A stretch of DNA of 63,846 nt, counting the filler, from Octopus bimaculoides (taxonomy: Eukaryota), in assembly GCF_001194135.2 (NCBI RefSeq). It is 4 parts of 4 records of this genome, joined end to end, with 100 filler letters (N's around TTAATTAATTAA, not from the genome) between each part and the next. Parts side by side here need not be neighbours in the genome. Positions count along the whole stretch, not along the records: positions 23,509 to 45,294 come from NC_068987.1; 3 more parts are not named here. One strand, 5' to 3'. The position numbers were made by a program, and so were the translations under genes. The notes beneath the pieces are model-generated. The model was given only the letters and a program-made list of their open reading frames with translations, was not told the DNA's origin and made no database searches. Shown piece after piece: positions 27,101 through 41,764 of this stretch. Numbering within the stretch: position 1 is the stretch's first letter; each line of letters begins with the position of its first letter.

Positions 27101-27460
27101 GATATTTAAATGATTTATATTACTCCCCCAAAAATTAAAGAAACAACGACCGCAACTGTTATCGAATGAACAGTATTTCGACATCTCGTGACAAGTTCAA
27201 AATAAACATCTCAATCTACTTCATTTTGGTAATATTTAAAGGGTTGATGTTACTCCTCCAGAAATTAAAGGAACAATAAGATGAGTGCGGCTGTTATCGT
27301 GTCTTCCTTTAAATATTACTAAAATGAAGTAGATTAAGGTGTTTATTTTGAACTTGTGGATGACACACGAGATGTCGAAATATTGATCATTCTATAACAG
27401 ACGCACTCTTCTTATTGTATCTTTAATTTCTGGAGGAGTAACATCAATCCTTTAAATATT
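27101..27460. repeat. About 135-bp unit repeated in tandem and then inverted (possible Penelope-like pLTR)
   Basis: Unit at 27101-27232, partial unit at 27233-27300, and an inverted copy at 27308-27460. Confidence 0.8.
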
Positions 27461-29899
27461 ATTATTATTTAGTAGCATGAAATAATTATATTCCCATAAA
27501 GGAATATAATTAGCACAAGGTATTTTGTGCGACACTCTACGGATTCTGTCATCCATCGTTCTCAACAAATCACATATTAATTATTTCTTGTATTGGTACA
27601 AAACCATAAATTTGTTGGGCGGATGTGAAGTCGTTTGAAATGACAACAGTTCATTACTGGTACTTTGTTTATTTATCCTGACAGGATGTAAGACTAACTT
27701 ACCTACTGTTGTGTTTAACTTCTGAACGTATATAGGCGTAACTAACTATTTCAAAACGGTTACTGTTTCGACTACGAGGAAGATAATGAATATAAAATAT
27801 ACATTAGTATGTTAATAAATTCCAGGTGAGCTGTTACTTCCAGATATTTTCTATTTGTAGTAAAATCCAATTAACTTCACACATGTCATTGAGAAAAGTG
27901 TGTATAGTGTCTCACAACCCCATTCTACTGCTCTGATTCTATCTCAGTGGAAACTTAATATATCAGAGTTATTTAAAGATCAAAATAGGATATAAATTGA
28001 TTTTCACTTAAGCACAAAACCATTCAGATGAAGTATAAATTAGCGCTAGTTTAAACATAGTCGAATTTTGAGCCTTTACTACAAATAATATTAATAGCTA
28101 ATGAAATTAATTATGAAAGGATGAATATAAATAATCAGACGTAAAGGTAAAGTCATGACAGTAATATCAATTAAAATATCAGCTTGTCTGCTACCTAACA
28201 GTGGAATTCAGCCTGAGGTTGAGGAATTCAACTCCTATCAAAAGCCATCTGCTGTCATGTTTCTGAGTAGTATATACTAAATTATAAGACAGGTAAGTTT
28301 TGGTTACAACTACTTTTATACAATTTGATGTAATGCTAAGGCACTTTTTTTTTCAATTTTCATGTAAAGAATATACACTGAAAGAAAAAAAAAATAAGAC
28401 GATGACAAAAATCCAGTATTAGTCTCTTGGGGATAATAAGAATGAACGAATAACGAGTCAAAAATCGTACGAACAATGTTAATAATTTAAATTATTATTT
28501 TTATTGGCTCTAATAAGTAACAAAAATATACATTAAGATCCATAATATGAATATACCAGTTAACAGAGATTACTAAACAAAGCAATTTAAAGCAGCTAAG
28601 TTCACCCAAAAGAACAAAATACGATTTCTTCCTGCTAGTTGCCTTGTGGAAGTGGGAGTTACAGTCAATTGCATCGACTCTCATATATTAGTGTAATGCA
28701 TCTTTTCAGCCGCGGAAGATCAAATCGACTGCGATGTGACCCGAAATTAGATTCAAGCAACAAAATCCACAAAGTATCTCAATTAGCTTTGTATCATTTG
28801 CACTCCTGATAAATATGACCACAATATTGTTTAAGAAAAATTAGCAATGGAGACGAGAATAACAAGAATATATCGCTCCCTCAAATACCTATTTAGGCTA
28901 GTAAAATACGAAATTAAAATTCGAAGACTGTTAACAGAAATGTTGCAGGATATTTGTGTATTAACTTAGTGAAATATTGTTGCTTTTTACTTAATATAGA
29001 TAATACGTTGGAAACGTTCACACTTATCGCCGAAACACAAATTTAATCCCCATGAGAAAAATCCATCTTCCATACAAGATAATTACAAACAATGTAAATG
29101 AAAATCACATCCTTCAACTCACGGTTAAAAGAAAGTTCAATTTGATGCATAAAATGTGCGCAAAACTTCGCATCGTCAGAAACAAATATATTACATACAA
29201 ATTTTACAGTTACACTCTACTTAAAATTTGAGGTTACCATAAAATATCTGTCTAGGGTAACTTTTAATCTTAATAAGAATATCTGATATAGAAATAGGAA
29301 ACTTTAACGAAAGAACAATCTTGAAAATAATTAAAAACAACGTAGTAAAACAAACCCAAACAACAAGATATACAACATCAAAAGAAAAAAGGAAAAAAGA
29401 AAAACGTTATGAATATAAACCATGAACAGAGAACAAATAACTAATTCATTTCAGAACAACGAATACAAACATATGAATAAAATCGTGAAAGATAAAAAAA
29501 AAAGTCATTGAAACAACGGAAATCTGAGTAATCTTAATATGTAAATAATTAAAGAATTAAAATCGATACGTATAGGTTGTAGACAGCCTCTCCCAGAAAT
29601 AAAACAAACGAGTAAAAATACTAAAACAGCAAAGTCAATTAAGTAAATTAAAACTTTGCCAGCGTCGAGCAAATGCGAATGACAATATCACCAAGATAAA
29701 CCAAATAATATACGTAGCAGCCACAAGAGTTACAACGGTATGTGTGTCCTACCTGAGAACTATTCATATAGTAATGTCAAATCCAAGAAAAGTGCATGGT
29801 AGACAAATATACTTAGAAAGATAGAAAATAAAAGAACTCCAGCTTCTTTACGAAATCAATAAAGGAAAAAATCACAACTCAAATGTTAAGAGAAACAAA

Positions 29900-31190
29900 T
29901 GCTATAGAAATATAACAAGAAGTAACTAAATTTTAAAAAACTGTCTGAAACAGTTGCCCGCCAAATCACAAAGAATGAGTTATCATTATAAGTGACAATG
30001 ATTCTCTACTCCAATCTCAAAGGATTTTAACGAGAGCTATGTAAACAATAAATAAATAAATAATGAACAATAAATAAATAAATAATGCACATAGCGCGAG
30101 GAGTAGAATGATTCAGAGGAATATGGATATCGAAGCAACACCAAAGAATTGACTGTTCAAACCAACAACTAACACCTGAACACTCGCTGGAGGCCATATT
30201 ACCTCATGAAGTATCCCAGATGTTACGAAGAAATGGACATCTGAACGACAACAAGAAGCGATTAAATTTCAATCTTTTGATTGAAATATTTAACTGGCGT
30301 ACATAAAGTGCGAATAAAGATATTTAACGAGCTACCGAAAGAACCAGTAAAAACTCCTGAATGGCTAAATGAAGGAAAACTATTTAATCCGCAAAGCTAA
30401 TGAAACAACCATCCTCCAAAACTTCACACGTATAATTGCTTGCAAAGGCCTTGACTGCAATAACAACACAGAGGATAAATAAAGATCATGCAGTGTCATA
30501 TTTGTAACGATCAATAAGGGTCTAAGAGTGGTAAAGCGACTATGAGAAGGCCTTTGATTGTGTTCTGCACCTGTTCGGTTATTGCGTTATTGCACTTAAA
30601 TGTAAAATGTGTGTGTACAACCTAAGAATAAAATGTAAAACGCCACTTTTTCTATTTAGATAACCTGAAAATATATGGAACTTCAAAAGGCAGCATATCA
30701 TCACTCTGAAAATGGAAATTAGTACAGATATCTAAAAGTGTTTGAAAGTAATAAATATGAAATACTGTTGAGAAAAAAGAAAAATTACAAATTCATTAAA
30801 ACAGGTTAAAGAGAAAGTTACATGAGATTATTTCAACAAAATCAAAAATTTTAGATCTTCACAATGTAAGTATTTGGCATTCTTTGAAAATGAACGAAGT
30901 TGGAGAAGGCTTCAAGCAAAAACATAATACAAAAAAAAAACAGCATAAACAAAAAATGAAAATTAGTGTAAATAATGCTGTAACTTCTGTAGTAACAAAC
31001 AAAACTGGAAACAAAATGAATTTAAAAACCGACAACAAAGCCTGTTGAATGCATGCGGCATTTGGAACACTGTATAATAACTCAAGTCCTAAAAGTCTCC
31101 ACGTCTACCATAAAGAAGTACAAATGAAGATACAAAGCAAAACCTATACACAAATTTGTGTTGTTTGGAAATGTCAATATTTAAAAGAAG
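29900..31190 (+). mobile_element. Heavily decayed R4/Dong-like LINE reverse transcriptase region
   Basis: Peptides PEWLNEGK, KALTAI, DYEKAFDCVLH and HFFYLDNLKIYG (cf. HLLYMDDLKLY) occur in order, with frameshifts. Confidence 0.7.
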
Positions 31191-31194
31191 GTCA

Positions 31195-31385
31195 AGACAG
31201 CGAGCTGGCAGAATCGTTAGCACGCCTGGCGAAATGCTTAGCGGCATTTCGTCCGTTTAAAATTCGGCCGAGGTCGACTTTGTTTTTCTTCCTTTCGGGG
31301 TCGATAAAATAAGTACCAGATGAGCACTAGGATCAATGTAATCAACTTACTTCCCTCCCCACAAATTGCTGGCATTATTCCAAAA
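31195..31385 (+). mobile_element. SINE family A
   Basis: gacagcgagctggcagaatcgttagcacgcc...ttcctttcggggtcgataaaataagtaccag. Confidence 0.8.
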
Positions 31386-32744
31386 TTTGAAATCAATATT
31401 TAAGAGAAGGCTCCTTGAGAAAAACTCCGAGAGTGATGTTGTATAGCGAATGTACTGAATACCGATATAACATCAAATCTCCTTTCAGGATATATATGAT
31501 CATGCTAAAAGTAAACAGTAGCAGAAATGAAGAGAGAGTATATCTAACTACTGGAACAAGTACTGCTATGTTGTTCATGCGAAATATAATATTCTGAAAT
31601 AGAAACCTTAAAAAACAAACAAACAATACTTTCATGTTGAAAAGCGCAATCATTTCTGGAACTATGAGAGCAGCCTGTCATCGACGACTTCTACTCGTGC
31701 CCCTGGGCACTTTTTCTTTTTACAACAGAATATAAATAATCTTTAGAGTGAGTCCCATTACCCTATTGAGCTGTGGTTTCACTTGAAGATTCAGTATCTC
31801 TGCTGTATTTCTGTTGCAAGTCATCATATTTGACTCAGCTTCTCCTTAACTAATACACATTGGAATATGCAAATTCAGCACTCTAATCTAGTGAAAACCT
31901 GCATCAAAATATATAGTGTTACCGCTGCCCACATCTGTAAAATCTATCTTCTCGAACTATGACGCTGTAATGAGGAAAGTGTGGACAACCGTCAATGTGT
32001 AATTCGTAGCGACTGTTTTAAAATAACTTTTCTGTTATAACTTAACTTGGAGTGTCAGACAGAAAATCAGCATTTCTCTCTTTGTCATATCACAGAACTG
32101 GTATCATTCGTATGAAATTGTCATCGATTAGTAAACATTAAGAAACAGGGCTTTTGCCAAGAGTTAGTATTATACAAACTGGCTGTTCACACATTTTATC
32201 TCCAATTGCAGCAATCATCGTCTTCGACAAAAGTACTAAATGAGTCGCTTCTTTTCAATTTATCACCAATTCATTTACTATCAACTCATCACTTTGCCAG
32301 ATAAAATATTATTGAAAGAAATTTCTCTTATCTAACGTCAGATATCACAAAATTGTTCTTAATGTTACCCAAGCTGTTAACATAGTACTTTCACTAAAAG
32401 TTTTTGCTGTTACTGCAAAAGATAACAAGCATAAGAACGTAAACGCCTTAAAGAAAAGGAAAAAGAAGCAAATTTTAAAACCAGATATATTTTCGCTTAT
32501 AGTTATTTTGGCATTTTGCGTGGTGTTTTAGAGTTATACAAACATACAGTCCTACGTACACACATGATTCCTAGCACTCTTTTGCTCTTCCTCAAACACA
32601 CAAACGCACACATACACACATACACACACACGTACACACAAATATATGCATATATGTATGTATGCATGTATGTATTTATGTATGTATGCATGTATATATG
32701 TATGTATGCGTGTGCGTATGTATATGTATAAATTTATATGGGTG

Positions 32745-32776
<32 letters not shown>

Positions 32777-33427
32777 NNNNNNNNNNNNNNNNNNNNNNNN
32801 NNNNNNNNNNNNNNNNNNNNNNNNNNNNNNNNNNNNNNNNNNNNNNNNNNNNNNNNNNNNNNNNNNNNNNNNNNNNNNNNNNNNNNNNNNNNNNNNNNNN
32901 NNNNNNNNNNNNNNNNNNNNNNNNNNNNNNNNNNNNNNNNNNNNNNNNNNNNNNNNNNNNNNNNNNNNNNNNNNNNNNNNNNNNNTATCTAAAATAAATA
33001 TAGTCACGTGAATTTACAACATTTTTATTTTTTTCTGAGTAAAAAAGATGCTGACAGTCTTCAGTTGATTCTGTTTAAGTTGATTTACATGGAATTTTAG
33101 CTTCGGAGCCAAGAAATTCTGAAGCTGGTGGATGTTGAATTATATAAATAAATGTGCAAAATTAAAACGAAATAGATGAATAAATAAATTTGCAAATATA
33201 GAAACTGGTTCAGTTTCAGTCTAAATAATACTTTAGATCGATGACATTTTTATTATCTAGAAATAATATTTGTGTCTCTTATGCCAGAGCTGTCCATGTA
33301 CCATGATTTTGGTAATTGTTTTCGGTGCTTATGTAGTCGCGAGCAAACTTGGTAGACCCTCGATCGTCCTGTATTTTCCTCAGCGGAGCAACCAGGATGT
33401 GACAGTCAGGGAGTGTGTGAGGGAGAT

Positions 33428-33496
<69 letters not shown>

Positions 33497-33829
33497 TGAA
33501 TAAAGAAAGAAAGAAAGAAGTGAGGGCTGCGTTTGCACGGTACTGAAATTACAGCTGAATGGACTGGTTCGACGTAAAATGAATTTCCTTTTTTGCTGAA
33601 GAACTCACCGCTCAATCCGAGAATCGATCATGAACCCAACATCCTGACAACTGAAAAGATAAGCAATGCTAGATTTCAAAACACACAGTCACGCTTTCTG
33701 TCGCTACTCAGTTCAAGTTTACTATATCGAATGATACGTTGCCTGTCGTTCAAAGCCCTTCGCTGGAGAAGAAATGATTTAATTAATAAGAAAAAACTTT
33801 GTAATTTAAATCCTTAATAATTAAATTGG

Positions 33830-34022
33830 ATGTCCCCGGCCCAAATATTTTGCCTGTTATATGTTCAAACCGGCAAGATACGGCCTCTCACACTTACCCT
33901 ACGGCGTAGTTCTAAAAATAAGCAGTCACATCATCCAAACCTCAAAGCTACGAGATGATGTATGCTTCATTCAGAATAATGTGTACATTCGACAGAGTAA
34001 TCTGAATGTTAAAGGGTTACCT
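33830..34022 (+). mobile_element. Fragment related to the TTAA-flanked MITE at 63064-63379
   Basis: Shared motifs ggcccaaatat..tgtt.tatg.tcaaac.ggc.aga and cattcgacagagtaatctgaatgttaaagg. Confidence 0.5.
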
Positions 34023-35992
34023 TAACCCCAGATAATCTATTAGCTATTTTGTCGATTGAATGCAAGGGCGGATTCAGAAGAAATGGCATGAGTACATCTC
34101 ATGAACTTCAAAACAGGCCTGTGATAATGGCAGTTGGTGTTAACGACCACGTGAGGGAATTTGTGAACTCAATTTACATCACTAGCAGTCATCTAGTTTC
34201 AATGTGTGTAAGTGTATAACTGACCTAATGACCGATTCAACGAAAACCGCATATGTAACCTTGTTTACCTTACATATGAATAAACATGTCAGATTCCGCT
34301 CACTTCAGATGCAAGGTTGTATCGAGCATTTTCATGTTTTGTTACAAGCACAAAATACACATGTATACATACATGCATATATATATTACACAAGTGTGTG
34401 TGTATTTGTTTATTTTGTGTACTGTGTGCATGAACTTTTAGCTTTCATTGCTGTCTTTCTATTCTTTACTTATTGCTGCTTAACATTTTCACCCTTTTCC
34501 GATGAGTTTTTAATCCACCATAGTACTTTGATTAATATATATGCCCCACATATATATTAATCAAAGTGCAGGAATCCCTCGCTTTACGGAAGTAACCGAT
34601 TCATGAAAATTTGACCGTAACGCGAAATTCCGTAATGTGAGATTACTTTTCCAATTGATTTTCATATTATCAAGTGAGATTGCGTTCCCATGGACATTTT
34701 TGAAAACCAAAAATGAAGCACAAGAAAACAACAGAGAACAAGTAACACGATCACCTTTATACATGAAAATAACTATTTCTAAACACGCCGTACAATACAG
34801 ATACATGAAAACAAAAAAAAAAGAACATTTCAAGAGGAATATATTATGGAATTAATATGAATCGTAATAGTATGTTCAAACCACCCTTTACTAGCCAAAA
34901 AGGGATTTTGATTAAAATTTTCACCTTCATTTTTTGGTAAATCGTCAAATAAACATTTGGCTCTTTCTTGAATTACAATCATATACAATCATATTTATCG
35001 GCGGATATGAACCAGTCTAAATTAAATTGTTTATTATCATTCTCTCTATTTCATTCCCATACGATAAAGGCAAAGAATTCTGCCAATTCTGTAATAGTGA
35101 ATTCCTTTATATTCTATTTTGATATATTCTATTTTCATATAAGTGATTTCTACCATTTTATATAATTTGAACACTGATTTTCTTCTTACATTTCACTTCC
35201 ACTAGATATATCTATTTCCAAGCCTTTAAGCTTTTATTTTAATTCACATATCACTCTATATTTCTCCTTTATTAGTTTTATGCTTATTATTTTCTTTTAC
35301 CCCTTCTCTTTCTATAGGCCACCTTTGACGTTATATCTACTAACAGTTTTTAAAAAAAACACTTAATAGATTTCCATTCATCATTATACACATTCATCAC
35401 ATTCTGCTAAAATGACTTATTGATGATTTTGGCTTCTTTCTTTCTTTCTTTCTTTCTTTCTCTGATGAGAAGATTACATTGGTTTACACCATTTTATTCC
35501 TTTTGGAATAATACCAATGTTGTCTTCGAAACATATGTCGTAAGTAAAAGAATTTGAATAATACCTGCGTTTAACTCCATTTATTTATTTATATATATTA
35601 TACAAAATATTTCACATCAATCCGGAGTTTCTAACTTTACAAACAGGGTGTTACGTCCTTATTATCTGTGTGATGTTTTACTGGCCTGATAACTGTTTAT
35701 TTATTTTTTCCGTGTTAATTGTAAACAAGGGGAAAATACACACATCCATTTATATATATANNNNNNNNNNATATATAAGGGCATTACTATACAATAATGT
35801 CTCACGCTATGAAGGACTCTAAGGTCAGACACAACCATCGTGAGGCATTATTGTATAGTAATGCCCTTATATAAATATAAATATATATTTCGGGAATAAA
35901 TGATGGATCTTTCCTTTATGTGGTTTTTTTCACGCTAGCTACTTGATAAATTCTTGTAAAAGAATTCGTCCTATTATTGAATTTATATATAC

Positions 35993-36025
<33 letters not shown>

Positions 36026-36507
36026 AAGAGAGAGAGTAAGAGATAGATACTCACGTTATATATACATGTGTGTATGTGTGTGCATGTATGTGTGTGAGGA
36101 GATGATAGTTTTTCAAGTCGTCAAATACATACTTTGATCTTAACTAAAACGCAGGTGACTATTGAGCTAAGGAAGTGTAGTTTTAAACTGTCAACACTTA
36201 AAAGCTACGCAATACGAGTCTCCGTAAGAGCAAAATTTCAGACCGTACACCGAAATTAATGGTCATATTATCTGCAACCTGTGTTGCCGTAACGTGGAGG
36301 ATGCCTGTATACAGTATTATGGTTCCATCACCACCGATCTTGCCAATCGGTTTTGTCTCGAATGTTCGATAATTGGACGATTATCTAATTGTTGTGCTCG
36401 TTAGAGATGGTAGATATAGAAACAAATGGCGAATGTTCTCTGTTACTGAAAGTGGGGAAGTATATAAACACACATATGCATATACAAAAACACATAGTCT
36501 AATAGTC

Positions 36508-37213
<706 letters not shown>

Positions 37214-37436
37214 TATACATACATACATACATACATGCATATGTTCTAGCGTTGTTGAATAACTGGAAGAACAGGAAATCAATGTATGTACTAGAATTTA
37301 TTTGGTCGAATTCGATGATTCATTTCCTTGATGTACTCCACACACACACACACACACACACGCACACACACCAGCACACACAGAGACACACGCGCACACG
37401 CTCATACATACATATATACATATATACAATTTAAAA

Positions 37437-37665
37437 GGCGGCGAGCTGGATAGAAACGTTAGCACGCTGGGCGAAATGCTTAGCGGTATTTCGTCTACCG
37501 TTACGTTCTGAGTTCAAATTCCGTCGAGGTCGAGTTTGCCTTTCATCCTTTCGGGGTCGATTAAATAAGTACCAGTTACGCACTGGGGTCGATGTAATCG
37601 ACTTAATCCGTTCGTCTGTTCTTGCTTGTTTCCTCTGTGTGTAGCCCCTTGTGGGTAGTAAAGAA
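37437..37665 (+). mobile_element. SINE family A, full length
   Basis: Colinear with 39596-39825. Confidence 0.9.
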
Positions 37666-38459
37666 ATAATACATACAATTTAATAAATATGTATTTTCCA
37701 AATCGTGTATATCTTTTTATTCTTTTAAGTTGTGTCAGTGATTTATATATATGTATGTAGGTATGTATTTCATTATTCAGTTTTAATTCAAGCTTTCTTG
37801 CCAATAGAGAAAGAATCGGTTTCTAGCCTAGATCCAGGGCTCCTCCTTCATTGCAAGTTCAACGTCAACAACAGGGTATATGTTTGTATGTATTTATGTA
37901 TGTTTGCAAATGTTCAGACCTGAATGGTGCCGGATTAATGATTTTGCCAAATTACAAACTGGTTACGAAAGACAACCGACAGAGTAAGAAGTAACCCAAG
38001 GCTATAGTTGAAGACATCCGCCTAATGTGCCACGCAGTGGGACTGAGACCGAATCCATGTGGTTTCACCAAGAACTAACCAACTCATATTACCTTTAAAA
38101 TACTCCTCGTAATGTCGTTAATAAAGAAAAAGAAATCTCAAAATAAGAGAATTTTTTACAAAAACAAAGTAAAATGAAGCGTTAAGTGAAAGTCTATTGA
38201 AAATTTAATGACTTATTCACAAGACTACATCTCTTCAGCTTTCAAAGTTCAGAGCTGGAATTTGGCACTAAGCACATTAACTTGTCTTGAGGTGAATGGC
38301 TGTCAGGATTAGCATCTCAAGGTGAAGAGCTCTCGGGGTTTTTATATTCCTTCATCCTGAAGGTGACTAAGATATCAACGACTGATGAGTGGCAGCATAT
38401 CTGACTGAACAATTGTTGAAGTCAGAGAATTTTCAAGAGCTGTTTGTCTCTTTGTCTTT

Positions 38460-38900
38460 TCTATTTTTTTTTTTTTGTTTCAATCATTAGACAACGGCCA
38501 CGCTGTTGCATCGCCTTGAAGAATTTTTTAGTCGAATGTATTGACCTCAGTACTTGCGTCATTTTCCTTCTTTTCATAGGCCTGGTACTTATTTTATCGG
38601 TTTTCTTTTGTCGAACTGCCAAGTTACAGAGACGTAAACACACAAGCAGCAATTCTTAAACGGTGGTGGTTGTGTGGAGAAATACAGACACAAAGACAAA
38701 AATACACACGCATACATACATACATACATACATACGACGGGGTTCTTTCAGTTTCCATTTACTAAATCCATTCAAAAAGACATTGCTGAATCCGAGGCTA
38801 TAGTAGAAGACACTTGCTCAAGATTCCACGCAATGAGACTGAACCCCGAACCACGGTGTTGGAAGACAAGCTTCTTATCACACAATCAGGCCTGCGCTTT
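38460..38900 (-). mobile_element. SINE family B, near full length
   Basis: Reverse complement of 3545-3930, diverged. Confidence 0.75.
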
Positions 38901-39595
38901 TTATCTACATTTTTAAAACACATCTTGCCAGCTAAGATATTTTATATATTTTGTACTTACTTCGATTAGTTTATCTTGCAGCCTGTAAAATTTCAGTATT
39001 ACTTCTTACTTATAAAACTACGTTAGTCTAGACTTTTTAATCAATAGAAAAATCTTCTGTTACATTTTCTTCCTTTTCCTCGCTGTTCTCTTCTCCAATT
39101 ATAGTTATAGACTTACAATCATTTGTACAATTTCTGAGAGAGTTTAATAATGAACAGAAGATGCATCTCCAGCTACATTAAAACGTTCCCACACGTTATA
39201 TCCATCGATCCTCGAAGCATTAATCTTTTGCAGCAGGATTAGTTAAATAATGAGCGTAGGAAAATGGATCATTTATATTGTGTTTTCCCTTTGGAAGCCC
39301 TAAATTCTTTAATAATTCCCGATGTTTTCATCAAATACAAAAGGAAATAATCTCTCGTTGTTATCATTGTCAGACATACAGATGCATCCCGAGGGTTGGT
39401 ACATTCATTCAAGTAATACTAGCCAGTTTGTCTAAATATCCAATATATATATTTATGGTACGTCAGTAACTTTCTTTCTCTCATTTCTTTCCACTAGAAA
39501 TAGAACATGGAAAAATTGAGACCATGGCTGAAAAACAAAGACATGCATGTTGTTCTTTCACAGCCATGTTCCACCACTAAGATGTAGCTGTATAA

Positions 39596-39825
39596 GGCGG
39601 CGAGCTGGCAGAAACGTTAGCACGCCGGGCAAAATGCTTAGAGGTATTTCGTCTGCTGTTATGTTCTGAGTTCAAATTCCGCCGAGGTCGACTTTGCCTT
39701 TCATCCTTCAAGGGTCGATAAATAAAGTACCAGTCACGCGCTGGGGTCGATGTAATCAACTTAATTACTGTGTCTGTCCTTGTGTGTCCCCTCTATGCAT
39801 AGCTCCTTGTGGGCAATAAAGAAAT
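39596..39825 (+). mobile_element. SINE family A, full length with 15-bp TSD
   Basis: TSD AAGATGTAGCTGTAT at 39579-39593 and 39826-39840. tRNA-like head GGCGGCGAGCTGGCAGAA..GAGTTCAAATTCC. The central gcctttcatcctt..gggtcgataaataaagtaccag resembles the recalled MetaSINE domain. Confidence 0.92.
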
Positions 39826-40330
39826 AAGATGTAGCTGTATTTTGTTGCCAGCCCATATAGTTGGGTGAGATAACTGTTGTTTCCTGAAAGGTTTCGTTCT
39901 TCAGATAAATACTCTTTTACTGGACACAGGGGTGGAAGACGTGAACATTAACGTTCCCGTCCAGCTCCATGGCCACCAAGATCTTGTTTACCTCAAGATC
40001 CAAAACAACATTTTCTACCCAGCAGATCGATCACAGCCGACACCAAAAGGTATGTATAACAAGTAGCGATCAAAGATGAATGCGAGTTCGTACTTTATGG
40101 AAAATGTGATCTTGTCTAATGAATTTATAATAGTTTAATGAGATCTGATTTGATAGACCATTTGACAGACCACAGAATTATACTTGGTACATAACTTATC
40201 GAATTTTACCTAGCTGGGATTTGAAAACGGATCCTAGAAAGAGGGAACCTAACTAAACACCAGTCAAGCACGTAACCCACTGCGAATTCTGCAAATCGAC
40301 TGACCTTGATGATGATGATGATAATAATAT

Positions 40331-40361
<31 letters not shown>

Positions 40362-40400
40362 AAGAAGAAGAAGAAGAAGAAGAAGAAGAAGAAGAAGAAG

Positions 40401-40604
40401 GGTTTCAAATTTTGCCACAGGGCTAGCAATTCGGGGGAGTGGGTAAGTCGATTACATTGACCTCAGTGTTTAACTGGTACTTATTTTATCGACCCCAATA
40501 AACAAAGTCGACCTCGGCGGAATTTGAACCAAGGATGTGAAGTCGCACGAAATAACGCTGAACATTTTGCCCGGCGTGCTAACGACTCTGCCAGCTCGTC
40601 GCCT
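40401..40604 (-). mobile_element. SINE family A
   Basis: Reverse-complement copy lying between (AAG)n and (AAT)n tracts. Confidence 0.8.
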
Positions 40605-40616
40605 CTTAATAATAAT

Positions 40617-40651
<35 letters not shown>

Positions 40652-40670
40652 TAATAATAATAATAATAAC

Positions 40671-40707
<37 letters not shown>

Positions 40708-41299
40708 GTTGTGATAGTGGTGGTGGTGGTGGTGGTGGCGGTGACTGTGAGGTTGATGGTGGTTGTGATGGCCGTCATACATTAAAGAAATACGAATAAA
40801 TAAATAAATAAATAAGTTCTCAAGAAGACGTTGAGATCTTAATTAGCTGCAACAGTTTCTCATCTGGAACCATTAAAACAGCAGCTAATTATTAACTTAG
40901 CGGCAACAGTGAAGTTAAATTGCAGAACATTCTTTCCATGACCTTAGAATATAATTATCATTGGAAGAGTAATTTGTAGAATAAGTTTTCCTTTTTCTTT
41001 TTTTTTTTTCTGAGAGTTTACAGTTCGAGATGTGAAATAGCTGCGCAAAAATATATTTTGCGGGGCGGTGTTTGGTAATTATTTCTTTTATCTCCAAAAT
41101 AATATAAATATCAAATGACATGGCTGGAACATGGAATCAGTAATCTGTGTGACGTTAATCCACAATTATATGGTAAAAGGTGTTGGTGATATTTGAGTTG
41201 GAACCTGGACCTACGCGGTTGCGTGCGAAGCAAGTTTCTTAACCAGTATTTCTTTTTTAGTTTTTTATTATAATTATTATTATTATTATTATTATTTTA

Positions 41300-41763
41300 T
41301 GTTTGACTTTTGTTTTGCATTTGTACAAGTTGGACCCAAATCTCACCCAGAGACCTCAAGAGACAACAAGTTAGAAGTTCATGTAGGTGTTATGCCTAGG
41401 GTACCATATATTTGGATTTGTACAGTTTTGTTCAAGTGAATGTTTAAGAAACCATAAGAAAATTATGTGTTTGCTTTAAAATTTGAGATCACATAGACAG
41501 TATTTTACGTAGGATATGGGCAGTTCCTATGAGCATTATCTTTTGAACTTCAGCCATTTTGGGGTTTCCTGGAATCTGATCTAGGTAGTAATCAGCCCGT
41601 TTCGCTGTCATTCCCAGGGCACCTATGACAATAGGTATTGTTTTCGTCTTCAGATTCCACATTTTGCTAATTTCTATTTCAAGATCTTTATATTTGCTCA
41701 GTTTTTGGTAGGTCTTGACAGATACGTTTATATCGATTGGGACAGTCATATCAATGAGGAGGC
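41300..41763 (-). mobile_element. R4/Dong-like LINE 3' end (REL endonuclease C-terminus plus UTR and (AAT)n tail)
   Basis: LLIDMTVPIDINVSVKTYQKLSKYKDLEIEISKMWNLKTKTIPIVIGALG...QKIMLIGTAHILRKILSM*. Confidence 0.85.
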
Positions 41764-41764
41764 G

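Noticed and set aside
28183-28291. Exon-like segment ending in a strong CAG/GTAAGT donor
   Set aside because: All three frames contain stops before the donor. At most a non-coding exon, and unsupported.
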